From: Macrostomum hystrix
Taxonomy: Eukaryota > Animalia > Platyhelminthes
DNA length: 64,000 nt
Assembly: GCA_950097015.1 (NCBI GenBank)
Contig: CATNEN010000039.1
Location: forward strand, 17,298,001-17,362,000
Reading direction: 5' to 3'
Under the pieces are notes generated by a model. It was not told the DNA's origin, did not search any database, and was given only the letters and a program-made list of their open reading frames with translations. The position numbers were made by a program, and so were the translations under genes. Below, one piece after another: positions 13,301 through 25,357 of the stretch (position 1 is the first letter of the stretch; the number at the start of each line of letters is the position of its first letter).

Positions 13301-15796
13301 CGATTCTCTTCTGGATGGGAAGACGATTCTCTTCTGGATGGGAAGACGATTCTCTACCGGATGGGAAGACGATTTTCTTCCGGATGGGAAGACGATTCTC
13401 TACCGGATGGGAAGACGATTCTCTTCCGGATGGGAAGACGATTCTCTTCCGAATGGGTAGACGATTCTCTGCTGGATGGGAAGACGATTCTCTTCCGGAT
13501 GGGAAGACGATTCTCTTCCGAATGGGTAGACGATTCTCTGCTGGATGGGAAGACGATTCTCTGCTGGATGGGAAGACGATTCTCTACCGGATGGGAAGAC
13601 GATTCTCTACCGGATGGGAAGATGATTCTTTCCGGATGGGAAGACGATTCTCTACCGGATGGGAAGACGATTCTCTTCCGGATGGGAAGACGATTCTCTA
13701 CCGGATGGGAAGACGATTCTCTTCCGGATGGGAAGATGATTCTTTCCGGATGGGAAGACGATTCTCTACCGGATGGGAAGACGATTCTCTGCTGGATGGG
13801 AAGACGATTCTCTTCTGGATGGGAAGACGATTCTCTTCTGGATGGGAAGACGATTCTCTTCCGGATGGGAAGACGATTCTCTTCCGAATGGGTAGACGAT
13901 TCTCTGCTGGATGGGAAGACGATTCTCTGCTGGATGGGAAGACGATTCTCTAACGGATGGGAAGACGATTCTCTACCGGATGGGAAGATGATTCTTTCCG
14001 GATGGGAAGACGATGCTCTACCGGATGGGAAGACGATTCTCTTCCGGATGGGAAGACGATTCTCTACCGGATGGGAAGACGATTCTCTTCCGGATGGGAA
14101 GACGATTCTCTTCCGAATGGGTAGACGATTCTCTGCTGGATGGGAAGACGATTCTCTTCCGAATGGGTAGACGATTCTCTGCTGGATGGGAAGACGATTC
14201 TCTGCTGGATGGGAAGACGATTCTCTAACGGATGGGAAGACGATTCTCTACCGGATGGGAAGATGATTCTTTCCGGATGGGAAGGCGATTCTCTACCGGA
14301 TGGGAAGACGATTCTCTTCCGGATGGGAAGACGATTCTCTACCGGATGGGAAGACGATTCTCTTCCGGATGGGAAGACGATTCTCTTCCGAATGGGTAGA
14401 CGATTCTCTGCTGGATGGGAAGACGATTCTCTGCTGGATGGGAAGACGATTCTCTTCCGAATGGGTAGACGATTCTCTGCTGGATGGGAAGACGATTCTC
14501 TACCGGATGGGAAGATGATTCTCTTCTGGATGGATAGACGATTCTCTTCCGGATGGGAAGACAATTCTCTTCCGGATGGGAAGATGATTCTCTTCTGGAT
14601 GGATAGACGATTCTCTTCCGGATGGGAAGACGATTTTCTTTAGGATGGGAAGACAATTCTCTTCAGTATAGGAAGACGATTCTCTTCTGGATGGATAGAC
14701 GATTCTCTTCCGGATGGGAAGATAATTCTCTTCAGGATGGGAAGACGATTCTGAGGTAGCACAGTGCTCACCTGTACACCAGAGTCCAGTGAGTGCGAGC
14801 CAGCTCGCTAGGATTGGCATCCACAATAGGCGTCAAAGGTTTGTAAACTTCAAAATAGGGATCCGATTTTCCTAGGAAATCCTTCTTGTCTAGCTGGCTG
14901 CCGCACAGCTGCATCTGAAGAAGCTCCTTGCAGTGCTGCAGCTCCACGCAGGTGATGATGATGACAGAATCTCGACGCGACGATTTCGCTAGAGGTGCCT
15001 CAAATCTGCGCCGGCTAACCAGCTCACCAATGGTGGACTCAAACTGGCCGAGAAAGTCGTGATCGCTTAGTTGAGCACTGTGTGAGTCGATGTCGTAGAT
15101 TGAAAACATTACCTGCAAGGTGAGAACATCACGGCACAAAGGATGCGATAATTAATTAAGTTCTTAAGAACTTGGAGGAAAAGGGAGTTTTTGGGATCTG
15201 ATGATAATCCTAGAGAATCTCCTTGGATTATGGGTATCTGATGGGATTTTGAGGATTATGGTATCTGATGGGAATCCAACGGGGGGACTCTGAGGATTAT
15301 GGGATCTGATGGGAATCCAACGGAGAGAACCTGGGAATTATGGGATCTGATGGGAGTCTAACAGAGAGACTCTGGGGATTATGGGATCTGATGGGAATCC
15401 AACGGAGAGAACCTGGGAATTATGGGATCTGATGGGAATCCAACGGAGAGAATCTGAGGATTATCGGATCTGATAGGACTCCAACGGGGATTCTGAGGAT
15501 TCTTGGGTATTGGGGGATATGGATGGGAATATCTGACAGAAATAGCCAACCTTTTGATGCTCTTCAAAGTGAAAGTCAACAATAAACTTGTGCTGAAAGT
15601 CTGGGTTGAGTGTATCCTTGATCATCTCGGTGCGATCGTGCTCTCGGTAATTGCGCGTTCCTGGCGGGCAGATCATGAGTACACACATTGGGTCAGACTT
15701 TGACGTCAAATCCATGTCGGCAAGCTTGCGGCAGGAGACACTGATCTCTACTTTGCTTACTAGGCCCTGCTGACTGTAGCCAGGCGCTGTTGCCAT
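4347..15796 (-). CDS. Copine (C2-C2-vWA Ca2+-dependent phospholipid-binding protein), 4 coding exons, ~591 aa
   Basis: Exons 15796-15551, 15112-14772, 5935-5731, 5330-4347. All introns GT-AG with consistent phases (0,2,0), total 1776 nt. Motifs LADMDLTSKSDP, LDKKDFLGKSDPY, VDFTASNG, YGPTNFSP, LLIITDG, PMSIIIVGVG, DIVQFVP; C-terminal Pro-rich tail with PPPY. Confidence 0.93.
5375..5700. repeat. 29/30-bp minisatellite in copine intron 3
   Basis: About 10 units of agagtgacagatctatgggaacaatgggt. Confidence 0.9.
6044..14752. repeat. 8.7-kb 23-bp satellite (GGATGGGAAGACGATTCTCTTCT) filling copine intron 2
   Basis: About 380 near-identical units with variant monomers and higher-order periods. Source of the spurious ORFs at 6037-14656. 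Confidence 0.98.
15190..15500. repeat. ~41-bp minisatellite in copine intron 1
   Basis: About 7 units of ggattatgggatctgatgggaatccaacggagagaa(c/t)ctg. Confidence 0.85.
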
Positions 15797-18003
15797 GCTA
15801 GCCAGCAACCAATAGTACAATTTAATCGATAAATAGGTAGCACTTTATCACTCGACCTGAAAGACAGTTTCATTTTTTACTTTAATTAGAGTAAAAATGT
15901 CATACAAACCATAAAATTACACATCATATGGAAAATAAGAGGAACCTAATTATCGATATGGTTATCTTTATAAAAATAAATATAAATTGGATTGCAAGGT
16001 AGAATGAACATTTGTATATATCATACAGTTGGAGATATTGGATTGATATTAGCTTTAGCTTCTAAAAAGTAGCTACAAGAAATACTATTTGTCATTCATT
16101 TAGATACAAACTTAATACAACTAACTAACTTATAATTAGGTTCGATGCATAGATAAGTGATATTGCCTGCACACTACACTTATAGTTTCTCATTCAAGAA
16201 TTTATATAAAAATTAGACTTTTGTTACTATGGCCAAAATTGCTAGCAATGTATACTTATTTTTAACTCATTAAGTTAGCTCAAGTGAAAAAACTTGATTT
16301 ATTTGTGAACAGTGCACTAAACACTGGCATATACAGGGGATGGGGGACATATCCCATGTCAATTCTCTTTCAACAGTTTGCAAGATTTAATGAAGTTAAG
16401 TGTCAAAGGTAGGTTGCAGGGTCAAGAAATAAAACAAAATATTTATACCCACAAAACAAAATCTTAATATACTAGTTAGATACAAAACTAAAGTATCTAA
16501 TGGGATTGAGGGAGACATTTATTTAATAATTACATATCAGCCAATCAGATTTGAAGGGCAACTATTCATAAGGCAATCAAGTGGTGTCACAAAGTAAGGA
16601 TAAGAGAAGAACAACAAATGACAAGAAAGGCAAAGAGAAAATTGTAAAAGCTTTTATGTCGAAATGGCCACTTGACACAATGGCCACATGCCAAAACTGC
16701 CACATATCTAAATGGCCACAAATAATAAAACAGTTCCAGTCTTTGAATTTAACAGTTAGGAAAATGAATAATAAGAAATAGAACCATTATAAAAAAGGAT
16801 ATATTTTTATTTTATACAATAATATTTTTCTTTAATCATACAAACATAGCCAAATGTGAAACAACTATATTTTGCACATTAACAAACAGCAACACATACC
16901 ATAGTCTGGTAGGTGGCTTGTATGTCAAACTAGTTTGGCATACATTTGGATCTTCAATGGCTGTTGGCAAGTAAATCAAGGTGGCATATAAATTCCAGTT
17001 TCAAAGTGGCATGTATGATGTATAGACATCTGTAAAAACAAATATTTACACAAATATTACAAATTAAAAAACACTTCTACTTCATGTAGCAAAAACAATA
17101 TCTTTTTTAAACTTCACTTTAAATATAAGCCCAATTTTCTTAAAAAGTTTAATAAAAATATATCATCATAATCATGTTCTTAGAGACTAGAGTAGATACA
17201 TAGGTAGGCTTGGTGTAGGCAATGGTAGCAATGAAAACATTAGGCAAATGCAAATATGTCACAATAGCTAAGCCTATAAGTAAGAAATATGTCAAATCAA
17301 GCTGAATAATTAGCTACTAAAACAATCTACAAAGTGGTGTTGTTTCACCATTGCCATATTATATGAGTGCCTATCAGATACAACCTGTATTCAGCAATGA
17401 GATATTAAAGCTCGATACTATGGCTATAGAGGTGTAATTTCTGATTGGCTACTAGTGATACTACTATGACCTATGTTTTATGCATAATACTATAATATGT
17501 TATATGTAAAAATAATGTAAAAAAATATCTTTTTACAGCGCCTGCTGCTACTAATGTTGTAAAATATTCTCTTGTTATATTTAGAATCATGACCAAAACC
17601 AGAAAAACGTAGTTATACAATTGCAAAGTTTAAAAAACATGCCATTAACTATATATATTGTGTAATGTATGAAAAAACGCATGTTTCCTGCAAAAACTCA
17701 ATTCTAAATATTCAGATTTTTCGTACTAGCGACTTCATACACGTAAATAACGACATTTGTAGCATAACTATTTCACTGAAAAATAAAAAGAGAACTCAGG
17801 TAAAGTTGCTCGCTGTGCAAGTAGGATGAAGAGAAATGCGAAAATCAACATTTTCGATTTAATTTGATTAAAAACGCATTTCGCACAATAGTGTGCATCT
17901 TTAAATAAAGCTGATGATGCACACTGTTGTGCGAAACGCGCCATTTATAATTAAATCAAATAGAGAACTCCAAGGAGCCTCCAATATTGCAGTATATCAT
18001 CCT

Positions 18004-18180
18004 CAGGGGCGTAGCTAAGGGGCGTCATGGAGGTCATGACCTAGATCTAGTCTAGATCACATGACCTAGCCGGCTGATCCAGGTAAAATTTTTCAAGAGT
18101 CCTAGGACCCCCTGCCCCCCGGTTGCCGCTATGAGCCTGTGACTGTGACCCCCCGGAAGGAAATCCTGGCTACGCCACTG
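18004..18180. mobile_element. hAT-type MITE (family 1), 177 bp
   Basis: TIRs CAGGGGCGTAGC...GCTACGCCACTG. Perfect 8-bp TSD ATCATCCT at 17996-18003 and 18181-18188. Confidence 0.9.
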
Positions 18181-18484
18181 ATCATCCTGATAAATGATAG
18201 TTTGGTAGAGTCAGCAACCTCTTTGCAGTTTTATTGCAATAGCCAATTGTAATTATGCACGTGACACAGCAATGCAAATAATATACGTCAGAAGTTGTTG
18301 CACTTATCCTAACTTGCAGATCACATGTATAAAAAGAAACTATGCTTTATATGCTCGAGTAATTAATTAACTGTGTACGCATACACGTGTACAGTTTAAA
18401 TCCATGCAGACTTCAATATTGCGATCCAAATAACTACATAGCAAATGCCAAACGGTGGCATATTCTACCTTAGGTTTAAATGTA

Positions 18485-19278
18485 TTACTGCTTCGAATTG
18501 TTGTCCATCTGCCACAGCACTTCGTTCAGGTGAATCGGGTTTGACCGGCCGAGCGTGCGCCTGAGGTCCCCAGTGTGTCGGACAAAGTCGATGAAGTACT
18601 GGCCACCGACCTTGGTGTTGGGCGGAGTTGTACAGATGGAGACTCGTTTGTTTGGCGTGAATGCCACCAGCAGCATTGTCTTCTTGTCTGAGATGGACCT
18701 CCTGGTCACTGTCAGCCTGGAGTCCTCAGATCCCAGCCAGCAGCGATTGTCTGCCCTTTCTGCTTTCGCCATCCAGGTGGAGCCAGGACTCATCCTCAAC
18801 AACCAGGCAGTTTAGGATTTACTCCAAGCCCCGGCTGCTGAACACCTTGCGGATCTGCTTGGCGCAGTTCACACGGGCCTGACGTTGGTCCGCAGTGAGG
18901 TCATGGGGCACCCAGACCGAGCAGACGTTTCGGAGATGGAGATCCTGTGTCAAAATGCGATGGACTGTCTTGAAATCAATCTCCCAGCAGTCCGCTAGCT
19001 CCCTGACAGACTGCCGCGGGCCTTCCTTCACCAGCAGGTCGCTGATGACTTCGATGTTCTCTATTGTCCTGGTTGAACATGGTCGGCCAGATCTGGCGGC
19101 ATCTTCAAATTCGAACCCAGGATCAGTAAAGTTCTGAAACCACCTGTAAATTGTCCTGCGAGTTTGGGCAGTTGTCTGGCAGGGTGGTCCGGAGATCCTC
19201 CTCTACTTCTGCTGCAGATTTTCCAAGCTTAAAGCGAACGAAAGCGTAGAACTGGACGTGCGTCTTGTCACGATTCAT
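18485..19278 (-). pseudogene. Tc1/mariner transposase remnant
   Basis: ATG at 19278. Translated fragments TIYRWF..FEDAARSGRP (HTH), SVRELA..VHRIL, WVPHDL, VVEDESW (first catalytic D), WQMDN (second D). Two frameshifts, an in-frame TAA at 18819-18821, truncated before the third D. Confidence 0.9.
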
Positions 19279-19492
19279 GTTGAGTTTTGCTCGTTGCAAA
19301 AAGAATTTTTCATCGCGTTGCGCTTGCTAAATCTGATTCTTGCGACAGTTTTGGCCATAGACATCAAAATTGGTGCTGCGGTGTGGTGGCAACTTCTCAA
19401 GAAATGTACTTTCAGAATATAATATATTTGGATGCTTAATGGCTTTGGGTTTCTGCATAACAACCACAGTGACATTACTAATGACACACCCG

Positions 19493-22400
19493 CCCGCACA
19501 ACAAAGATACGTATGGATACGTAAGTACAACGTTAGTTTTAGGTATCCATGCAACGTATGGGATACGTGTTTTTCGTGGTTGCAGTTACGTATCTATCTC
19601 GTTTCTGAAACGTTCCCAAGATACGTAACAGATACGTCGCATTTGGCGTCAAATGTGCAGGATATATAGCAGAAATTTTTGTGATGAAAATTACCAACTG
19701 CATTTGCGTTTGCAACAATTTCAAGACGCTCCGTGGATCGTAAAAATTTAATTTTTAGATCATAATTATATAGCAGCACCCAATAGAAAAATAAACATTA
19801 ATAAGATAGTCTTAATAAAATATTTTTTATACTGAATATAATGAGTAAATGAGATAAACTTTAATTTTTTTGCTACTTTTGGTGTTAAAGGGTATCGTTA
19901 TATTTATTTAATGTTTTTTATTCTTATATACATTAAAGTACTTAAATGTCTTTTAAATCAACTAAAAAAAGAAATAAATTTTGAATAAAAAACAAGTGTT
20001 GCATTGATAAGGGCATTATTGATTAAGTGCATTTTTAAACAAGGAGTGGAAGTAAGGCTTACGAAATAAGCAATGACAGGTAGCGGAGCTTAGCAATGAC
20101 AGGGGACCAGTGACAAATTGAGAGAGTGGTAGACAACGAAAGTTGGGGATTGCTGCTGTCGTGCTGGCCTCTAGAGCAGTGCCGGCGGGCAGGGTCGGGA
20201 CAGTTCTCTTTTGGCCAGTACGGTTGCCGGGCAGGACAATCACGAAAGGGGATGAGTCTTCCAGTACAGTCCCGGGGCAAGATAAAAGCATGGGAGAAAT
20301 CCATGGTCGCAATCGGCAGGCGTCAAGTGAGTCAAGAGTTTAAGGCGCGATATAAAATATTCTATTTAAAAGAGTCGCAAATTGAGGTCATTGAGGCCAC
20401 TCTCTCGCTCTCTGATTCGACACTGTGTCCGAAACCGACATCGAGAATGTGAGAAGCGCATGATAAAAGAAAAATGAGGGTTCGGAGGGGGGGTAGCCGG
20501 TAGTTTCGCTCAGGGGAGGCTGTTAATCATGGCCTCCTGGTATGCGGTTACGAAATAGTGGACAGAATAGTGTTAAGAACAATAGTTGCACAACACAGCA
20601 ACAGGTTAGGAGTCCAATAGGGGGGTAATCGCTGACATGATTGCATAATCGAGAAGGAACAATCAATAATCGCTACCCTCCTCCCAATCGCTCGCCTCCC
20701 GATCGCTCGCCTCTCGATCGCTCGCCTCTCGATCGCTCGCCTCTCGATCGCTTGTCTCCTGATCACTTGCCTCTCGATCGCTTGTCTCCTCACGACCGCT
20801 TGCCTCTTCCTGAACCTCCCCAGCAGCCCGCCTCTTCATTCTCTTGAGGACTTCACCAATGCAGCTACGCGGTTTATTGTTACCCAACTGTCGGCGGTAA
20901 ACTTTAGATCCAACAAGAATATCTGAAAAGTTTTTTTACATAAAGCCTAAATGTGAATCCTTAGTCCAGATCCCAGAAAGCTGCACTCAAATAGATTATT
21001 TTAAACTGGAATACTTACGAACAATGCTCTCGGCCACTGCAGGTGGCAATCTTTGCTTGCCCTTTCGGCCTTCCATACTGAGGTGCTGAAGCACTGTCGG
21101 GGTGGCCAAGGTACAGAGCAGCATCATTGTAATTGCGTCGGTCAGCTTCGGGTGGGTCTCTATCCACAGAGCTAACTGCTGGAGCTGTTATAAGTACAAA
21201 AAAATAAATTAACTTGAAGTTTCACAGATTTGAGGCCAGCATTTTAAAACTTACGAAGGCTGCCTTCACAGTAGGAACCTCATCCACCTGCTTGACAAAT
21301 TGCTTCAGTGCATCAAGAGAGCGCACTGGAAGACCTTGGAGGCTTGTCGGCTTTTTGCTGCTATTGCCACTTAATGATGACTTCCAAAACTCATCACTAT
21401 CACTAGACATCTCACTAGACTGGTCATCAGAAATAGTTGAACTGGAGCTATTTTCACTTTCTGGGTTATACATTTCCAACTTCTTTTCAGAAACTGTTCT
21501 ACACAAGCTCCAGATTACTGTTCAAATAGTTGAGAATCATCAGAACTACTATTAGTTGGTTGGATGATGAAATTTAGTAGATGGTTCTAAATATAGTTCA
21601 GTAGATCCTGAGTCATTAATACTATCTACTAAACAGTGACTAATTTTCATTAGCCTTGCAGCTGATTTTTTATGTTTGCTCATGAGCTGAAAAAGTTAAA
21701 GAGTATTTTTTATTAGTTGTCAACTTTATAAATGAGCCAAATACTATGTTATGGTATGTTAGCTATTCAATAGTCTACTAGAATATATATTTAATTGTTA
21801 TTTTATACTAGAGTAAAGTATCATGGAACTAAATAGCATATTATCAAAACCAAACATGAGATTAGTCTTGTTAAAATATTTTCTTAGGTGAAGGCTCTTT
21901 AGAAAGAAGACTTCATTGACCAAATATAAGTGCAAAAGATTATCTGTGGAGAATCAAAGACAAAATTATAAAATCTAAGACAGCCATTTTTATAGTTAAA
22001 AGTAAGAAATGGTCCTTTATTGTTTTTGTAGAAACTTTTTTCTATAGGAAACATTAAACTATTTTCTTTTGAAATTGTTTTACTTTAGATCTCTAATAAC
22101 TTTTATTATGACTGTTTGAAGTTGAAAACTTGACAACAGATTTCTATTTTTGGTCTAACAATACCAAAATCAATGTTTGTTTTGATGATTAAATTGTCAT
22201 AGCATTTTTAATAATCTATTTATTTAAAGTCACACTTTTTTGAAAAAAAAAGAATTATTATATACAATTTCCTTTTGAAAGAAACAATGTTATGCCATTT
22301 TTTATAGCAGTTTTTTTAATTTGAAACAAATCTCAAATTATTGTTCAGTTTGATAATACACTACACCAACATAATTTAGTGTCTTTCCTCTTTTTTGTTT

Positions 22401-22943
22401 ACTTAATTTAAGACAAAAGACTTCTTTATAATTACAAATTACAAGTTATATATGTCCTATGTAAAAGTTCAAAGATTTTGGTTGATTGCGAGTGGTGAGT
22501 GCAATGCAAGGTGGTTTAGCATTAATGTAGAAAGAGCGCTCTGTACACGCGCGTTTTTGCATTCAAAAAAATAATTTATAGTACTAATTTAAACTAATTT
22601 AAATTGCGTACATAAACACATTGCTAAGGCATGCATTAAAAAGTCAAGCCTGTCGGATAATTCTTATTAGTAAATAGTATACATTTATATAAGTCAAAAT
22701 ATTTTTGTCCATACGGCATAACATCGAAGGTTTTAGCGATACGTATTGATACGTATAAGTGACTTTTGCTGCCTGCTCAAAATGGTCTAAAAATAATATT
22801 TTCGACTTCCTTTAATTTTTCAAATCAGGGTAAAGCAAAAGCCAGCTTTGAAAATAAAACATTGGACAAAAAGGTCATTTTTTCCGAACGTTTCCGGTGA
22901 TACGTATATGTCACCTAAATGATACGTCCCTTTGCTGTGCGGG
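19493..22943. mobile_element. non-autonomous TIR DNA transposon, CACTA/CMC-EnSpm-like, 3.45 kb
   Basis: Ends CCCGCACAACAAAGATACGTAT... / ...ATACGTCCCTTTGCTGTGCGGG (imperfect ~22-bp TIR). 3-bp TSD CCG at 19490-92 and 22944-46. Many subterminal GATACGT repeats at both ends. Confidence 0.75.
20663..21506 (-). pseudogene. spliced transposon cargo gene, BEN/DUF4806-like, with an acidic (SDREA)n tail; 5' part disrupted
   Basis: Exons <=21506-21255, 21184-21019 and 20922-20663 join in frame via GTAAGT...CAG introns. Contains LSMEGRKGKQRL. The upstream ATG at 21683 is followed by in-frame stops near 21550. Confidence 0.6.
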
Positions 22944-23537
22944 CCGAAGTATTAAAGAAAAAGAGCCCTGTAGCATTAAAGTAAAATAAAAAACACACGA
23001 TCCACAAACCTTAAAGAGTCTAAGAAAGTAGATTGCCGTACAATTTGCTGCCGAATTTCACATCGGAGCTGGATGGAGTCAGTTCCATGTTCATCTCCAA
23101 CAGACTGGGCTCAGTATCTCATAGGTGGAGATGCCCTGCTGCTGCTGCTGTCGGTGGTGATGACGCGATGTCAGGTGCTGCTAACAAGTTTTTTAGGTTA
23201 TATATAAATGTTGTAGCCACACTGTAGCTCAAAAAAAGCGCGATCGTTACTATATAGTATGCGACAAAATATGCCAAGTATCTGAACTATTATGCATGCG
23301 CATACGATATAAAATACAATTCAGAAACTATAGACTATAAAGATAGATTACAAGACCAGGACACATGGACTAGCATAGTGATTATTATTTATATGCATAG
23401 TGATCCTAATTGACATCACCACCACGGGCATTATTTTCTTTTAACTTTTCCAAATCTCGTTCTTCATGCTGCACCCACAAATATATGGACCTAAACGCTA
23501 AAAGAGCGTTTTAAAGATTATGTTTACCTATTTCGAA

Positions 23538-23980
23538 AAGGGGCGAGTGGGTCAGCGGCTAACGTCGCTGCCTCGCACTCCAATGGACGCTAGTTCGATT
23601 TACCCTTCAAGTCACGATTAATTTCGGGGCTTGTTGGGGGGTTTGGACTGTAGCGACCGGCGGAGGTGCACCATATTTCGTGCAATCAAAGCTTGAAATA
23701 ATAGCTTCGCTCCTACCTTCTGTGTGCCTGTTCTGCGTTGCGTGAGTTGTGTGCGTTGGGGCGTGAGACCTTGCGGGGGTGGCTGGAGGGCGGGTGTACA
23801 CCGCCGCGCGCTTTCTGGACTTCCGTCAGCGCGATTGGATAAGCCGTCCCTGGCTGGTCTGTGCCGCTGTGTGTGGTGCCTGCTCAGGGGAGGCGGCGCG
23901 ATCGCCGGTCTGGGGGCGTGCCGCTCCGTCGCTTGTGCGACAAGTGCCCCGGGCCCCCCTGCAAAATAGATAGATAGATT
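23538..23980 (+). mobile_element. tRNA-derived SINE (family C), GC-rich, (TAGA)n tail
   Basis: A-box-like TGGGTCAGCGG, B-box-like AGTTCGATT, tail ATAGATAGATAGAT, 11-bp TSD CCTATTTCGAA at 23527-37 and 23982-92. Confidence 0.75.
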
Positions 23981-25357
23981 TCCTATTTCGAACGAAATAG
24001 GAACGAAATTAGTTTTCTAAAGTGAAATTAAAAGCGCTAGCTAGTCGCTCAACACTTTAGCCGCTGACATTAGAGAGAGGCCGGACCATGAATTAAGCCC
24101 CCCAAAATTTGCATCAGCGAGCCAATATAGCTCATATTGACGTCTAGTCTGCCAAATCCATGTTGAAATGGATTTATAACATCAATAGCTAGCTCTCCGT
24201 GAAATGTCAACATGCCAGCATTCGCCGAGAAAGAAAATGACGAAAGCTTGAATGAGCAATGCATATGCATAATGGATGTCAATATTCTCTTTCTATGCAT
24301 GAAGGTGTATTGGCGTCTGTGAGACTGCTTTTGCATAGACTGCGTGATCTGCGGAATAATTGATTGATCAATGATGATACTGCAGCTCCCGAATCCATGT
24401 ACTTGAATGTACTGTATTAGTATAATAGGCACAATTTGCTCCTTAAGTCTAAGATGCATTTATGATCGCTTTAGATTAAGAATACACTTTCATACCTTTT
24501 AATTAGCTTTAATGTCGCATTGAACATGCAGCTAGTCCTGGGAGTAATTATTTGCATGACGACAATGTCCATAAAAAACTACTTTTAAAAGTCCACTATA
24601 TGATTATTAAAGAAAAGTGTACACGTTTACTTTTCTCAGAAACATTGTTGATCTGTTGTTGTATCTCAACCATAGACAGGATCAAGATTAATTGTGATCT
24701 TGATAAACCAAGATAAAAGTGGTTTATTAATTGTGAGTAAATAAACAGTCACTATTAATTACAAACAGTTTGATTGGAATTCACTTATGGCTACAAATTA
24801 AATTAAACATGTTATCTGCAGCAATATTCAAGCAGACTAATAATTACAAAGCGTCCTCCTGACAAAGCCATGCAGCATGATTTGATAAGCAGCAATTAAA
24901 ATCACAGTTTCCGGGTTTGCCTATCAAGCTTCTAGCGACTCGTATCTTGATGGTTGTCTGAAGTTCTCAAATCAGAAAGCCAATTTTTTATAATTGAGGC
25001 TTGAAATGGAGTTGGTGTTATGTTTGCAATTCAGCTTAGATAAACTAATTTCAACTGGCACAAGCATGAGTGAGCGTGACAAAGAAGACAACACATAATG
25101 CTTTAAGTACACGGTGATTTGCCACGAATAAGACTCAAGTGGGTGAGAGGGCCTCGAGCTGAGGCCTGATACTTTCCAACAGATAATGCACATCGATAAG
25201 TGGTATTTGCGGATAAGAATCTGTGATCAACTGGGTGGCATCTATATTCAAGTATGCAGGTAATTTAAAATGCATCGAGAAGATTACTGTTGAATCTAAT
25301 AAAAACGACACAATGTGTGAATACTTTACTATACTGCTCAAAAATTCGTGATTCGTG

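Noticed and set aside
6037-14656. Dozens of long ORFs (up to 621 aa) of GWEDDSLLDGKTILFWMGRRFSS type
   Set aside because: Translation of a stop-poor 23-bp satellite inside a phase-consistent copine intron; open in several frames on both strands
6044-14752. CRISPR-like array
   Set aside because: Head-to-tail monomers with no unique spacers, no cas genes, and a eukaryotic context; the same applies to the other arrays
24070-24459. 129-aa ORF
   Set aside because: No recognisable motif or splice context
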